Shown here: piece after piece, positions 7,686-16,068 of the stretch
Layout: every line of letters begins with the position of its first letter
Position numbering within the stretch: the first letter of the stretch is position 1
NCBI GenBank assembly: GCA_964600225.1
Contig: CAZRIT010000003.1
Location: 13,400 to 77,399, forward strand
Origin: an uncultured Oscillospiraceae bacterium
GTDB lineage: Bacteria; Bacillota; Clostridia; Christensenellales; CAG-138
Direction of reading: 5' to 3'
DNA length: 64,000 bases
Made by a program: the position numbers and the translations under genes
Notes under the pieces: generated by a model
The model's input: the letters and a program-made list of their open reading frames with translations, nothing else
Database searches by the model: none
What the model was told of the DNA's origin: nothing

Positions 7686-8449
7686 TCCGTTTTCTCCTCC
7701 CATTGGGAAAGCATGGCCTGCATGCGCGCGTACACATCGGTATGGTAAACGGTCTGTAGGTTCTGCCGCGTCAAGACATCGTCCATCGGCCCAAATGATT
7801 GCACCGTGCCGCCGTTTAGCAGCAGCGCGTGCGTGCCGTAGGCTTTGGCAAGGCTTAAATCGTGCACAACCGATACGACGGCGCGCTGCGGCTGCCTGAG
7901 CCAATCCGCAATCAGGCCGAACACCTGCTCCTGATAGACCAAATCCAGGTGGTTGCTGGGCTCGTCCAGCAGCAGCAGACGCGGGTTTTGCGCAAACACC
8001 TGCGCAAGAAACGTCCTTTGCAGCTCCCCGCCCGAAAGCGTCAGGGCGGATTGTTCCTGCATGCCCGTCAGCCCCGTCATCTCCAGCGCGCGCAGGATAT
8101 GCGCCTTGTCGTCATTGCCGCCGCTGCCAAAGAGGCCGCCCGCATAGGCGTAGCGGCCCATCTCCACAATCTGCCGAACCGTAAAGGCATAGCCGACGGA
8201 TTGGTGCTGCATCAGCACGCCCATCCGCCTTGCAAGCTCACGCGGCTTGCTTTTCCCGACGTCCGCGCCTTCAAACAGCACCCGTCCCGTGTACGGCGCG
8301 CACTGTGAGATGGCGTTGATGAGCGTGCTCTTGCCCGCGCCGTTGGGGCCGACGATCATCAGCCACTGCCCCGCTTGGACGGAGAAGCCGACGCGGTCAA
8401 GCAGCGTGAGGCTGCCGTAGCGCACGGACAGATCGCTTACCTTAAGCAC
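7682..8449 (-). CDS. ABC transporter ATP-binding protein (iron-siderophore/cobalamin FecE/BtuD family)
   Basis: Walker A 'GPNGAGKST', signature 'LSGGELQR', Walker B 'LLLLDEP'. GTG 8449 has AGGAGG upstream and overlaps the permease stop. Confidence 0.9.
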   Translation of the reverse strand: MLKVSDLSVRYGSLTLLDRVGFSVQAGQWLMIVGPNGAGKSTLINAISQCAPYTGRVLFEGADVGKSKPRELARRMGVLMQHQSVGYAFTVRQIVEMGRYAYAGGLFGSGGNDDKAHILRALEMTGLTGMQEQSALTLSGGELQRTFLAQVFAQNPRLLLLDEPSNHLDLVYQEQVFGLIADWLRQPQRAVVSVVHDLSLAKAYGTHALLLNGGTVQSFGPMDDVLTRQNLQTVYHTDVYARMQAMLSQWEEKTE

Positions 8450-9482
8450 GGCCGTTCCTCCTTGCAACGTAGAATATGTACACAAACAGCACCGTGCCAA
8501 TCAGTGAGGTTACCACGCCGATGGGCAGCTCCAACGGGTTGAGCAGCACGCGCGCGGCCAGGTCGGAAAGCATCAGGAAGATGGCGCCGCCGAACAGGCA
8601 CGCAGGCAGCAGGCGGCGGTGATCGGGCCCCACAAGCATGCGCGCCATGTGCGGCGCGACCAGCCCCACAAAGCCGATCGTGCCGCCGATGGATACGCAC
8701 ACGCCGATCAGGGCAGATACGGCAATGAGTATGGTCAGCTTGACCCGCCGCACGTTGACGCCGATGTGACGCGCGTTGTCCTCGCCGATGGCAAAGGCGT
8801 TGAGCGCGTTGGCGTGGGAGAGGATCACCGCGCCGCACACAACGAGCGCAATCAAAAGCAGCAGCGCGTCCCGATAGCCGCTGCCCGAGAGGCTGCCCAT
8901 GGTCCAAAAGGTGATGTGCTTGAGTTTATCGGGCCGCAGCGTGATGATCAGCGACAGAAAACCCGAGACGAACATCGAAAAGATCACCCCGATGAGGATG
9001 ATGGTGTTGGTGGAAAACGAGCAGTCCATGCGGTACGCAAGCGAGAGAATCAGCAACAGCGACAAAAACGCAAACAGGATGGCCATGACGGTGGTGCCCG
9101 CAAACGGCAGATTGGGCAGCGCAATGCCAAAAGCGATGGCCAGCGCCGCGCCGAGCGACGCGCCCGACGATACGCCCAGCGTGGAGCCGTCGGCCAGCGG
9201 GTTTTTGAGCAAGCCCTGCATCGCGCCGCCGCACAGCGAAAGCGCCGCGCCCGTCAGCAGTACGCACAGCACCCTTGGCAGCCGCACCGCGCCGATGATG
9301 GCCGATGCGGTCACGCGTGCGGGAACGGGCGTGCCAAACAGCACGCGGCCGATGATGGCTGCGGTATCGCGCATGGGCACGCGCACGCTGCCCACGGATA
9401 CGCAAACGCACAGCGTAACCAGCGTCGCCCCGGAAAACAGCACATATGCCCATGCGCCAAAGCCTTCCCGTTTTGGTTTCAT
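8442..9482 (-). CDS. FecCD/BtuC-family ABC permease
   Basis: 346-aa polytopic protein, typical 'GAMQGLLKNPLADGSTLGVSSGASLGA' FecCD block. Confidence 0.9.
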   Translation of the reverse strand: MKPKREGFGAWAYVLFSGATLVTLCVCVSVGSVRVPMRDTAAIIGRVLFGTPVPARVTASAIIGAVRLPRVLCVLLTGAALSLCGGAMQGLLKNPLADGSTLGVSSGASLGAALAIAFGIALPNLPFAGTTVMAILFAFLSLLLILSLAYRMDCSFSTNTIILIGVIFSMFVSGFLSLIITLRPDKLKHITFWTMGSLSGSGYRDALLLLIALVVCGAVILSHANALNAFAIGEDNARHIGVNVRRVKLTILIAVSALIGVCVSIGGTIGFVGLVAPHMARMLVGPDHRRLLPACLFGGAIFLMLSDLAARVLLNPLELPIGVVTSLIGTVLFVYIFYVARRNGRA

Positions 9483-9537
9483 ACGCCTCCGTGTGCGGCG
9501 GGTGGACGGCCTGCGCCGCCCCCGCCGTCAAGTTTTG

Positions 9538-10524
9538 TTATGCCGCCGCGTCCAGCGCTTCGACGCCGTAAACAAACTCGTACAGCAGCTCCGCCCCGTC
9601 CACAAGACGCTGCGTGGGGCGGGAGAGTTCATCGTTGGTCAGGTTGAGGATGGCGGCGTTTTGTACCGCCGTCACGTTCTCCCAGCCCTTGCGGGCAAGG
9701 ATTTCCTCCGTGGGCGTAGGGCCCTCGCCGTAGTACATGGAGATGGTCACAATGTAATCGGGGTTGCGCTCCAACACCTGCTCCTCGGAGATTTCCGCCC
9801 AGCCCGTCACGTCGGCAAAGCAGTTGGTCAGGTGGAGCATGGCGGCGATTTCATCCATAAACGTTCCCGCGCCCGCCGTCCACAGGCCGTATTGCAGCGG
9901 GGAAACCTCAAAGTAGACGGTTTTGCCGTCGGCGTCCGCCGTTTCGGCCGAAAGCTTGGCAAAGGCGGCCTGCATGTTGTCCGTGACGGCTTTGGCCTCG
10001 GCGGATTTGCCCGTGAGCGCGCCGATCATATCGATGGCGGCGTAGACGCCCGCAATGTCCGTCTCCTTGGAGACGACCACTTGGATGCCCGCCTGCTCGA
10101 GCGCTGCAATCTGTTCCTCGGACTGCGCCATGGTGCTCATCAGCACCACCTGCGGCTCCAGCGCGATGATCTGCTCCAGGTTGGTTTCAAAGCCCGATTG
10201 CACGGAGGGCGCATCGAGCGCCTCGGGCGGGTAGTTGCAGTACTCGCCGCGGCCCACGAGCAGCTCGCCCGCGCCCACGGCATACAGGTTTTCGCAATCG
10301 GATGCGGTCAGCGCCACAATGCGCGTAATCGGCGCGTCCACCGTGACGGTGCGGCCCGCCATATCCGTAACGGTGACGCGTTCGGCGGCGGGCGCATCGG
10401 AAGGTGTGTTGGTCGCGCTCGGCTCCGCTATGGGGGTTGCGGGGGCCTTGGCACAGGCGGCGCAAAGGAGCAGGACGCTGAGGATTGTCGAAAGGATGCG
10501 GGAGACGGTTTTGGTTCGGTTCAT
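9538..10524 (-). CDS. substrate-binding lipoprotein, Fe3+-siderophore/B12 (BtuF-like) family
   Basis: Lipobox 'LLLCAAC'. Periplasmic-binding-protein-like sequence 'RIVALTASDCENLYAVGAGELLVGR'. First gene after the cobalamin riboswitch. Confidence 0.85.
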   Translation of the reverse strand: MNRTKTVSRILSTILSVLLLCAACAKAPATPIAEPSATNTPSDAPAAERVTVTDMAGRTVTVDAPITRIVALTASDCENLYAVGAGELLVGRGEYCNYPPEALDAPSVQSGFETNLEQIIALEPQVVLMSTMAQSEEQIAALEQAGIQVVVSKETDIAGVYAAIDMIGALTGKSAEAKAVTDNMQAAFAKLSAETADADGKTVYFEVSPLQYGLWTAGAGTFMDEIAAMLHLTNCFADVTGWAEISEEQVLERNPDYIVTISMYYGEGPTPTEEILARKGWENVTAVQNAAILNLTNDELSRPTQRLVDGAELLYEFVYGVEALDAAA

Positions 10525-10581
10525 GGGTTGATTCCTCCAAAGTCGATATTACAAATGAAATGGCGGAGGAAGCGGGGGAAA

Positions 10582-10612
10582 GCAAAAAACGGCCGTTCCT
10601 TGAGTAAGGAAC
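10582..10612 (-). terminator. riboswitch expression-platform terminator GTTCCTT-ACTC-AAGGAAC + GGCCGTTTTTTGC
   Basis: Read on the minus strand between the aptamer and the SD of the SBP gene. Confidence 0.65.
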
Positions 10613-10669
10613 AACCGTGCGCTTCGGACAAAGGTCCGTTCATAGCATATCCCAACCCCAGAAGCATCT

Positions 10670-10826
10670 TTGTGTAAACAGGTCTCCCGACTTGGCTTCA
10701 TCCTTGCGGACGCCTTCCCGCCCGATGGCAGTGGCATCTGTCCGTTCGTCAGCTTCACGGTTACTGGGATAGTTCGGAATTCGCATCCGATTCCCTCGAC
10801 GCTTCTCAGCGTCGGCACAACTGTGC
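10670..10826 (-). promoter_or_regulatory. cobalamin (B12) riboswitch aptamer
   Basis: Minus strand reads '...GGGAATCGGATGCGAATTCC...CCGTGAAGCTG...GCCACTGCCATCGGGCGGGAAGGC...GAAGCCAAGTCGGGAGACCTGTT'. The last part is the B12 box (AGYCMGGAGACCKG-like). Confidence 0.85.
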
Positions 10827-10964
10827 GGATACACACGCTATTCATTTGTTCGTTCAATGTATCACCGTCCCGTGCCGTTGTCAAGAACAGGGAACAACTT
10901 TACAAATGCGCGTTTCATCCAGTATACTGGAGAAGGATTGAACGATGAAGGAGCGCGCCGTAGA

Positions 10965-11861
10965 ATGACCATTCAGCAATTGGAATACTTTCACGTTATG
11001 GCCAGCATGCTGCATTACACCAATGCGGCGGCTGTGCTGCACATTTCGCAGCCGGGCTTAAGCCGCGCCATACGCGAGATGGAAAAGGAAATCGGCGTGC
11101 CGCTGTTCGATACGCTCGGCAAACGCGTGGTGCTCACCCGCTACGGGCAGGAGTTTTTGCCGTACGCAAGCAACATGCTTGAACAGATGGACGCCGCAAA
11201 GAAGATGATTGCGCAGATGATGAGCACCGAGGGCGCGGTGATTTCGCTGGGCTACCTGCACAGCGTCGGCACCGATATTCTGCCCGCCATGATCGAAAAG
11301 TTTTTGTCCACCGAGCCGCAGGGCGCGGTCAGCTTCAAGTTTTTCCAGGGGCTCAACAGCGAGAACATCGCCAAGCTGCTGGCGGGCACCATCGATCTGG
11401 CGTTCACGGCCGAGTCGGATCAGATGGGGCTGTGCTCCGTGCCCGCGTTTTCCCAGCAGCTCAACGTCACCGTGGGCAGCGGCTACCATCTGGCCGAGAA
11501 GGAGCGCATCACCATCGAGGAACTGAAGGGCGAGCCGATGGTGGTCACCAAGCGCGGCAGCAGCCTCAGGGATATCACCGAGCGGCTGTTTGCCGATGCG
11601 GGCATCACCCCCAACATCGTGTTCGAGGCGGATGAGTGCAGCGCCATGGCCGTGTTTGCCGGCGCAAACCTCGGCGTGGCCATCATGCCCAAGATGAACT
11701 CCGCCACCTTGCAAAAGCTCAAGGTGATTGAGCTGGATGTGCCCAGCGGCCAAAACATGCGCACCATGTACCTTACCTGGCCCAACAACCGCACCCGCAC
11801 GCCCGCGGTGGAGGCGTTCAAGCGCTTCGTTATCCGCGAGTACGAGCAGGGCAGAATGTAA
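10965..11861 (+). CDS. LysR-family transcriptional regulator
   Basis: 'MTIQQLEYFHVMASMLHYTNAAAVLHISQPGLSRAIREMEKEIGVPLFD' HTH plus a LysR substrate domain. SD GAAGGAG. The track start 10857 is too far upstream. Confidence 0.85.
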   Translation: MTIQQLEYFHVMASMLHYTNAAAVLHISQPGLSRAIREMEKEIGVPLFDTLGKRVVLTRYGQEFLPYASNMLEQMDAAKKMIAQMMSTEGAVISLGYLHSVGTDILPAMIEKFLSTEPQGAVSFKFFQGLNSENIAKLLAGTIDLAFTAESDQMGLCSVPAFSQQLNVTVGSGYHLAEKERITIEELKGEPMVVTKRGSSLRDITERLFADAGITPNIVFEADECSAMAVFAGANLGVAIMPKMNSATLQKLKVIELDVPSGQNMRTMYLTWPNNRTRTPAVEAFKRFVIREYEQGRM

Positions 11862-11885
11862 TCGCCGCGTCAACAGTATACAAGA

Positions 11886-11921
11886 AACGCCCATCCGCAA
11901 TGGACAGGCGTTTTTTATTTG
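11886..11921. terminator. shared convergent terminator (LysR gene / methyltransferase gene)
   Basis: ACGCCCA...TGGACAGGCGT imperfect hairpin followed by TTTTTATTTG on plus. The complementary strand has a weaker U-tail. Confidence 0.5.
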
Positions 11922-11931
11922 CTTGCTGTGC

Positions 11932-13131
11932 TTAGTCGCTCAGTCGGCAGAAGGCCTGGCGGCCGAATGCGTCGGCCAGTTGCAGCACGGGGTCGTTGAT
12001 GCCGTTGAGCGGTAGCTTTAGCGGCAGCTTGGGGCGGCAGTTGGCGGTGTTCGGCAGGAACGTTTCGCCCTCCACGGTGCCGATGGCTGCGTAGACCAGC
12101 GGGCAGTTCTTTTCAAAATAGGCCGTATCCACCACCACAGCCTCCCTTGCGCCGCTGCCCGTGCGGGAAAAGCGCAGCGTGACGGGCGCGGTGCAGGGTG
12201 GATAGGTCAGCGTCATGCGGTGCGCGTCGTCGAGGAAGGAGAGGTTTTGCGCCTGCTTAAGCATGCGCGCACGGAACACATACATGGCGTACGGCGATGC
12301 GTCCACGGCCACATATCGGCGGCCGAGCTTTGCCGCCGCGGCGGCGGTGGTGCCACTGCCCGAAAACAGGTCCATCACCAGGTCGTTCGGCCGTGACGAG
12401 GCCAGCAGGATGCGCCGTAGCAGCGCCTCGGGCTTTTGGGTGCCGTAGCCCACGCGCTCGCTGTCCTTTTGCTGCAGGTGCGCGATATCGTCCCACACGT
12501 CGGAAGGGTATACGGGCGTATCCTCGTAGTAGGTGTAGGTTTTGCCGCCCGAACGGATGGAAAAGCCCACGCGCCCCGCTTCGTCGATGAAGCGCTTCAT
12601 GTGGTTGCGCTTTTCGGGCCCGCGGGGCTTGCCCACGGCGGTGATATCGAAATATACGCTGCGGCTTTTTCGGTAGAACAGGATGGTATCGTGTTTTCTG
12701 GGGTAGTAGCGTGTGCTGCGGCCGCCCGTTTTGTAGCACCAGACGATTTCGTTGAGGAAGTTGCCCGCGCCAAAGATCTCGTCGAGCATGAGGCGCAGCT
12801 TGGCGTTCATGCGGTGGTCGATGTGCAGGTACAGTGAGCCTTCCTTGGAAAGCAGCCGATGGCAGCCCGTGAGCACCGTGCGCATCAGCGCCAGGTAATC
12901 CTCCTCGGAAAGCGCATCCGTAAACGCGGGCAGCCGAATGCTCTTGCCCGCTGCATGCATGCGGAGGTGGAACGTATCGCCCGTGCCAAACGGCGGATCG
13001 AGGTAGATGAGCGTGACCTTGCCGCCGTAATCGGCAATGAGGCGATCCGGCGCGGTTTCGGCGCGCTCCAGCAGGAACGTGCCCGGGCCGCCTACGGCGT
13101 GCCGCTCGGCGGTGCAAACGATTTGCTGCAT
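11932..13131 (-). CDS. DNA methyltransferase, beta-class (motif IV before motif I), probable N6-adenine; no cognate nuclease nearby
   Basis: 'VTLIYLDPPFGTGDTF' (DPPF, motif IV) near the N-terminus and 'VMDLFSGSGTTAAAA' (motif I) about 215 aa later. About 110-aa C-terminal extension. GGGAGG SD 7 nt before ATG 13131. Confidence 0.85.
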   Translation of the reverse strand: MQQIVCTAERHAVGGPGTFLLERAETAPDRLIADYGGKVTLIYLDPPFGTGDTFHLRMHAAGKSIRLPAFTDALSEEDYLALMRTVLTGCHRLLSKEGSLYLHIDHRMNAKLRLMLDEIFGAGNFLNEIVWCYKTGGRSTRYYPRKHDTILFYRKSRSVYFDITAVGKPRGPEKRNHMKRFIDEAGRVGFSIRSGGKTYTYYEDTPVYPSDVWDDIAHLQQKDSERVGYGTQKPEALLRRILLASSRPNDLVMDLFSGSGTTAAAAAKLGRRYVAVDASPYAMYVFRARMLKQAQNLSFLDDAHRMTLTYPPCTAPVTLRFSRTGSGAREAVVVDTAYFEKNCPLVYAAIGTVEGETFLPNTANCRPKLPLKLPLNGINDPVLQLADAFGRQAFCRLSD

Positions 13132-13166
13132 GGCGTTACCTCCCAAACGGATTGACGCATGTCGGG

Positions 13167-13817
13167 TCAGATCGGTTTATTGTACTCCCACGCGGAGGAG
13201 ATGTGCTGCTTGGTATAGTCCATGGCCTGCTGGGCGTTGCGCGAGGCCAGAGCGTCGAATATGTTGCGGTGCTCGACGAGGGATACGCTTGCACGGTTGG
13301 GGATGGTGAGGGAGCTTTGGCGCGCGCGCATGATGTTGCGGTGCAGGCTTGCAAGGATATTTTTGAGCGTGCGGCTGTTGCAGGCTTCGTAGATGGCGGA
13401 ATGGAACTGCGTATCGAGGCTTGTGACGTGTTCGATATCGTTTTTCCGGGTGTAGAACTCCATCAGCTCCATAATTTCCCGCATGCGCTTGATCTGCTCA
13501 TCCGTGATGCGCTCGGCCGCCCAGTAGGCCGCCTGCCCTTCCAGCAGATAGCGGATGGTGTATACGTCCAGCACATCCTCGCTGGTAAAGCCCGTGACCA
13601 CCACGCCGCGGTTGGGCTGGGAGGAAACCAGATCTTCCAATTCAAGCTGCTTGATGGCCTCGCGCACGGGCGTACGGCTGACGCCCAGCTCCTTGGCGAT
13701 CGTTTGCTCCACAAGGTACTCTCCCGTGGGATAGCGCCCGTCGGCGATCCCGTCGCGCAGGTGACGGTACACCCTGTTGGATAACGAATTGTTGTCGGAA
13801 TTCGGCATGCCTGACAT
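13167..13817 (-). CDS. GntR-family regulator, FadR subfamily (FCD ligand domain)
   Basis: 'LVEQTIAKELGVSRTPVREAIKQLELEDLV' wHTH plus a helical FCD-like C-domain. 35 nt upstream of the methyltransferase gene on the same strand. Confidence 0.85.
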   Translation of the reverse strand: MSGMPNSDNNSLSNRVYRHLRDGIADGRYPTGEYLVEQTIAKELGVSRTPVREAIKQLELEDLVSSQPNRGVVVTGFTSEDVLDVYTIRYLLEGQAAYWAAERITDEQIKRMREIMELMEFYTRKNDIEHVTSLDTQFHSAIYEACNSRTLKNILASLHRNIMRARQSSLTIPNRASVSLVEHRNIFDALASRNAQQAMDYTKQHISSAWEYNKPI

Positions 13818-13962
13818 GTATCGATCACTCCCTTAATGGGGCTGCGGAGGGGTAAGGCTCCGCTATGTAAATCGCCCCGTTTCCGTGCGTATGATGGCGC
13901 TTATGTATGTAGTGTATCCTTTTTTTTCGGCAAACACAAGCCCTTTGTGTCCCGCGCAATGG

Positions 13963-13991
13963 GCATGATACGCCTGTGAAACGCATATAGT
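13963..13991 (+). promoter_or_regulatory. sigma-E-like promoter GCATGAT-N14-CATATAGT upstream of spoIIIAA
   Basis: Resembles the B. subtilis sigma-E consensus (kmATAtt-N14-CATACAhT) as I recall it. It ends only 6 nt before ATG 13998. Confidence 0.35.
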
Positions 13992-13997
13992 GCGGTA

Positions 13998-14978
13998 ATG
14001 ACGGAACAAACATGCAAGCAATGCAACTGGAAGGCGGATCTGCTGCCGTATCTGCCGCAATCGGTGCGGGCGCTCCTTGGCGGGCTGGATGCAAGGCTGC
14101 CGCTGGAGGAGATACGCATCCGCGCCGAGCGGCCCGTGCAGCTCTGCTTCGGGGGCTATGAACGGCTCCTGTACGCGGGCGGGCGCAGGCCGCCCGTGAC
14201 GGCGGGGGATTGCAGGGAGCTGATGCTGCGGCTGTGCGAGCATTCCGTCTATGCGCGCGGCACGGAGCTCAACAACGGATTTTTGACGCTGCCCGGCGGC
14301 TATCGGGTAGGGCTTTGCGGCGGCGTGATGGCCAACGGCGAGAGCATCGACCGATTGACGGACGTTACGGGCTTCAACATCCGCATTGCGCGCGCGCTGC
14401 CCGGGTGCGCCGAGGGACTGCTGCCGATGCTTGCGCAATCCGGGCGCTTGCTCAACACCCTGATCGTATCCGCCCCCGGCTGCGGCAAGACCACGTTGAT
14501 GCGGGATATTGCCAGGCTGTGCTCCGCGGGCGCGCGGGAGGTAAAGCCTTGCCGCGTGGCGGTGGTGGATACCCGCTACGAGCTGACGGGCAGCGTGGAC
14601 GGCGTGCCGCAGCTGGATATCGGGCCGCGCACCGATGTGCTCGCGGGCGCGCCGCGTGCGGCGGGGATGCGCATGATGGTGGTCAACATGGCGCCCGATA
14701 TCGTGGTGACGGATGAGATTGCAACGGTTTCGGATGCGCGCGCCGTGCTGGACGCGGCCGCGTGCGGCGTGACGGTGGCGGCCAGCGCGCACGCGGGCAG
14801 CGTGGGGGAGCTGATGCAAAAGCGCGCCATGTGGCAGCTGTTGCAGGCGCGGGTCTTTCGGCGCATCGTGCTGCTGGGGAGATCGCCGCGGGTGGGCACG
14901 GTGGAACGGGTGTATGACGAGGGACTGCAAAATTTGCCGTGGGAGGGTGCTGTATGCTGCGAACGGTTGCCGTGCTGA
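13998..14978 (+). CDS. spoIIIAA: stage III sporulation protein AA (ATPase)
   Basis: 'LEEIRIRAERPVQL', Walker A 'SAPGCGKTTLMRD', 'VVTDEI'. Confidence 0.9.
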   Translation: MTEQTCKQCNWKADLLPYLPQSVRALLGGLDARLPLEEIRIRAERPVQLCFGGYERLLYAGGRRPPVTAGDCRELMLRLCEHSVYARGTELNNGFLTLPGGYRVGLCGGVMANGESIDRLTDVTGFNIRIARALPGCAEGLLPMLAQSGRLLNTLIVSAPGCGKTTLMRDIARLCSAGAREVKPCRVAVVDTRYELTGSVDGVPQLDIGPRTDVLAGAPRAAGMRMMVVNMAPDIVVTDEIATVSDARAVLDAAACGVTVAASAHAGSVGELMQKRAMWQLLQARVFRRIVLLGRSPRVGTVERVYDEGLQNLPWEGAVCCERLPC

Positions 14979-15450
14979 TGTGCGCGCTCCTGTGCGCGCT
15001 GTGGGGCGTGAAAAGCTCGCTTTCGCTCAAAATCAGGCGCGATATGCTGTGCGCCGTGACCGAGGGGGTGGAGCGGCTTTCCGTCGGCATGGAGCACACC
15101 AACCGCCCGCTGGCCACGCTGCTGTACGGCTGCGGGCACGGCAGGGCGCAGCCGCTGTTTTCCGCCGTGGCGGATAATCTGCTTTGCGGCATGGGCGGCG
15201 CGGATGCGTGGACGGAGGCCATCGGCCGCATGCCGACGGGGCTGACGGAGGAGGACATTGCCATTTTAACGGATTTTTCCCTTACACTCGGGCAATCGAC
15301 CGACGGATGCAGCGCGGCAATACCGAGATGGCGCTGGCAAGCCTGCGCGCTGCCCGCGCCGAGGCCGAGAATGCCTATGCCACCAAGGGGCGCATATACA
15401 GCGCCATGGGCGCGCTGCTGGGCGCGTGCGTGGCGATACTGCTATGGTAG
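14954..15450 (+). pseudogene. spoIIIAB: stage III sporulation protein AB, interrupted by an apparent 1-nt frameshift near 15305
   Basis: The N-part 'MLRTVAVLMCALLCALWG...ILTDFSLTLGQSTD' is in one frame. The conserved C-part 'MQRGNTEMALASLRAARAEAENAYATKGRIYSAMGALLGACVAILLW*' is in the -1 frame from 15307. Confidence 0.7.
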
Positions 15451-15463
15451 GCGGTATGGCGTA

Positions 15464-15661
15464 ATGGAAGTGGAGATGCTGTTTAAGATTGCGGGCGTGG
15501 GCATCGTGGCGGCTATCGTGACGCAATTGCTCAAGCAGAGCGGGCGCGATGAAATGGCTACCATCGCCGCCATCGCGGGGCTTATCATCGGGCTGATGAT
15601 GATGCTGGATATGGTGGAGGAGCTGTTTACCAACGTGCGCGCCGTATTCAACCTGTACTGA
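15464..15661 (+). CDS. spoIIIAC: stage III sporulation protein AC
   Basis: 'MEVEMLFKIAGVGIVAAIVTQLLKQSGRDE...' aligns to B. subtilis 'MGVDVNVIFQIAGVGIVVAF...'. Confidence 0.85.
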   Translation: MEVEMLFKIAGVGIVAAIVTQLLKQSGRDEMATIAAIAGLIIGLMMMLDMVEELFTNVRAVFNLY

Positions 15662-15672
15662 GGAGAGCGGGC

Positions 15673-16068
15673 ATGAAGCTGATGCAGATACTGGTCATCG
15701 CCGTGGGCGGCGTGGCGCTGGCCGCCGTGGTGCGGCCCATCCGCAAGGAGATGGGCATGCTCATCGGCGCGGCCACGGGGCTGATCGTACTGGGGGCGGC
15801 GGTGGCGGAGTGGAGCGGGCTGATCGACGCGCTGCGGGAATTTGCCGCAGCCTACGGCGTGGACACGGGCTATATCGGGCTGCTTTTAAAGATCATCGGC
15901 ATTGCGTACCTGGCGCAGTTTGGCGCGCAGATCTGCACCGACGCAGGTGAAACGGCGGTGGCGGGCAAGGTGGAGCTGTTCGGGCGGGTGATGATACTGC
16001 TCAACGCCTTCCCAGCCGCCGCCATGACGGTGGCCACCGCCGTGGAGCTATTGGGCGGCAAGCCGTGA
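15673..16068 (+). CDS. spoIIIAD: stage III sporulation protein AD
   Basis: 131-aa membrane protein with 'LLKIIGIAYLAQFGAQICTDAGETAVAGKVELFGRVMIL'. Confidence 0.9.
   Translation: MKLMQILVIAVGGVALAAVVRPIRKEMGMLIGAATGLIVLGAAVAEWSGLIDALREFAAAYGVDTGYIGLLLKIIGIAYLAQFGAQICTDAGETAVAGKVELFGRVMILLNAFPAAAMTVATAVELLGGKP

Noticed and set aside
10525-10964. B12-riboswitch operon considered as a novelty.
   Set aside because: Riboswitch, terminator, btuFCD-like transporter and cobTUSC nucleotide-loop genes form a well-known corrinoid-salvage arrangement. Only the extra mini-CobU was kept as a finding.
14939-15661. Single 240-aa ORF that would be a SpoIIIAB-SpoIIIAC fusion protein.
   Set aside because: The middle roughly 55 residues ('GCSAAIPRWRWQACALPAPRPRMPMPP...') are nonsense. 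The genuine SpoIIIAB C-terminus is in another frame and ends at 15450. spoIIIAC has its own ATG at 15464. The fusion is a by-product of the frameshift plus the lack of stops.
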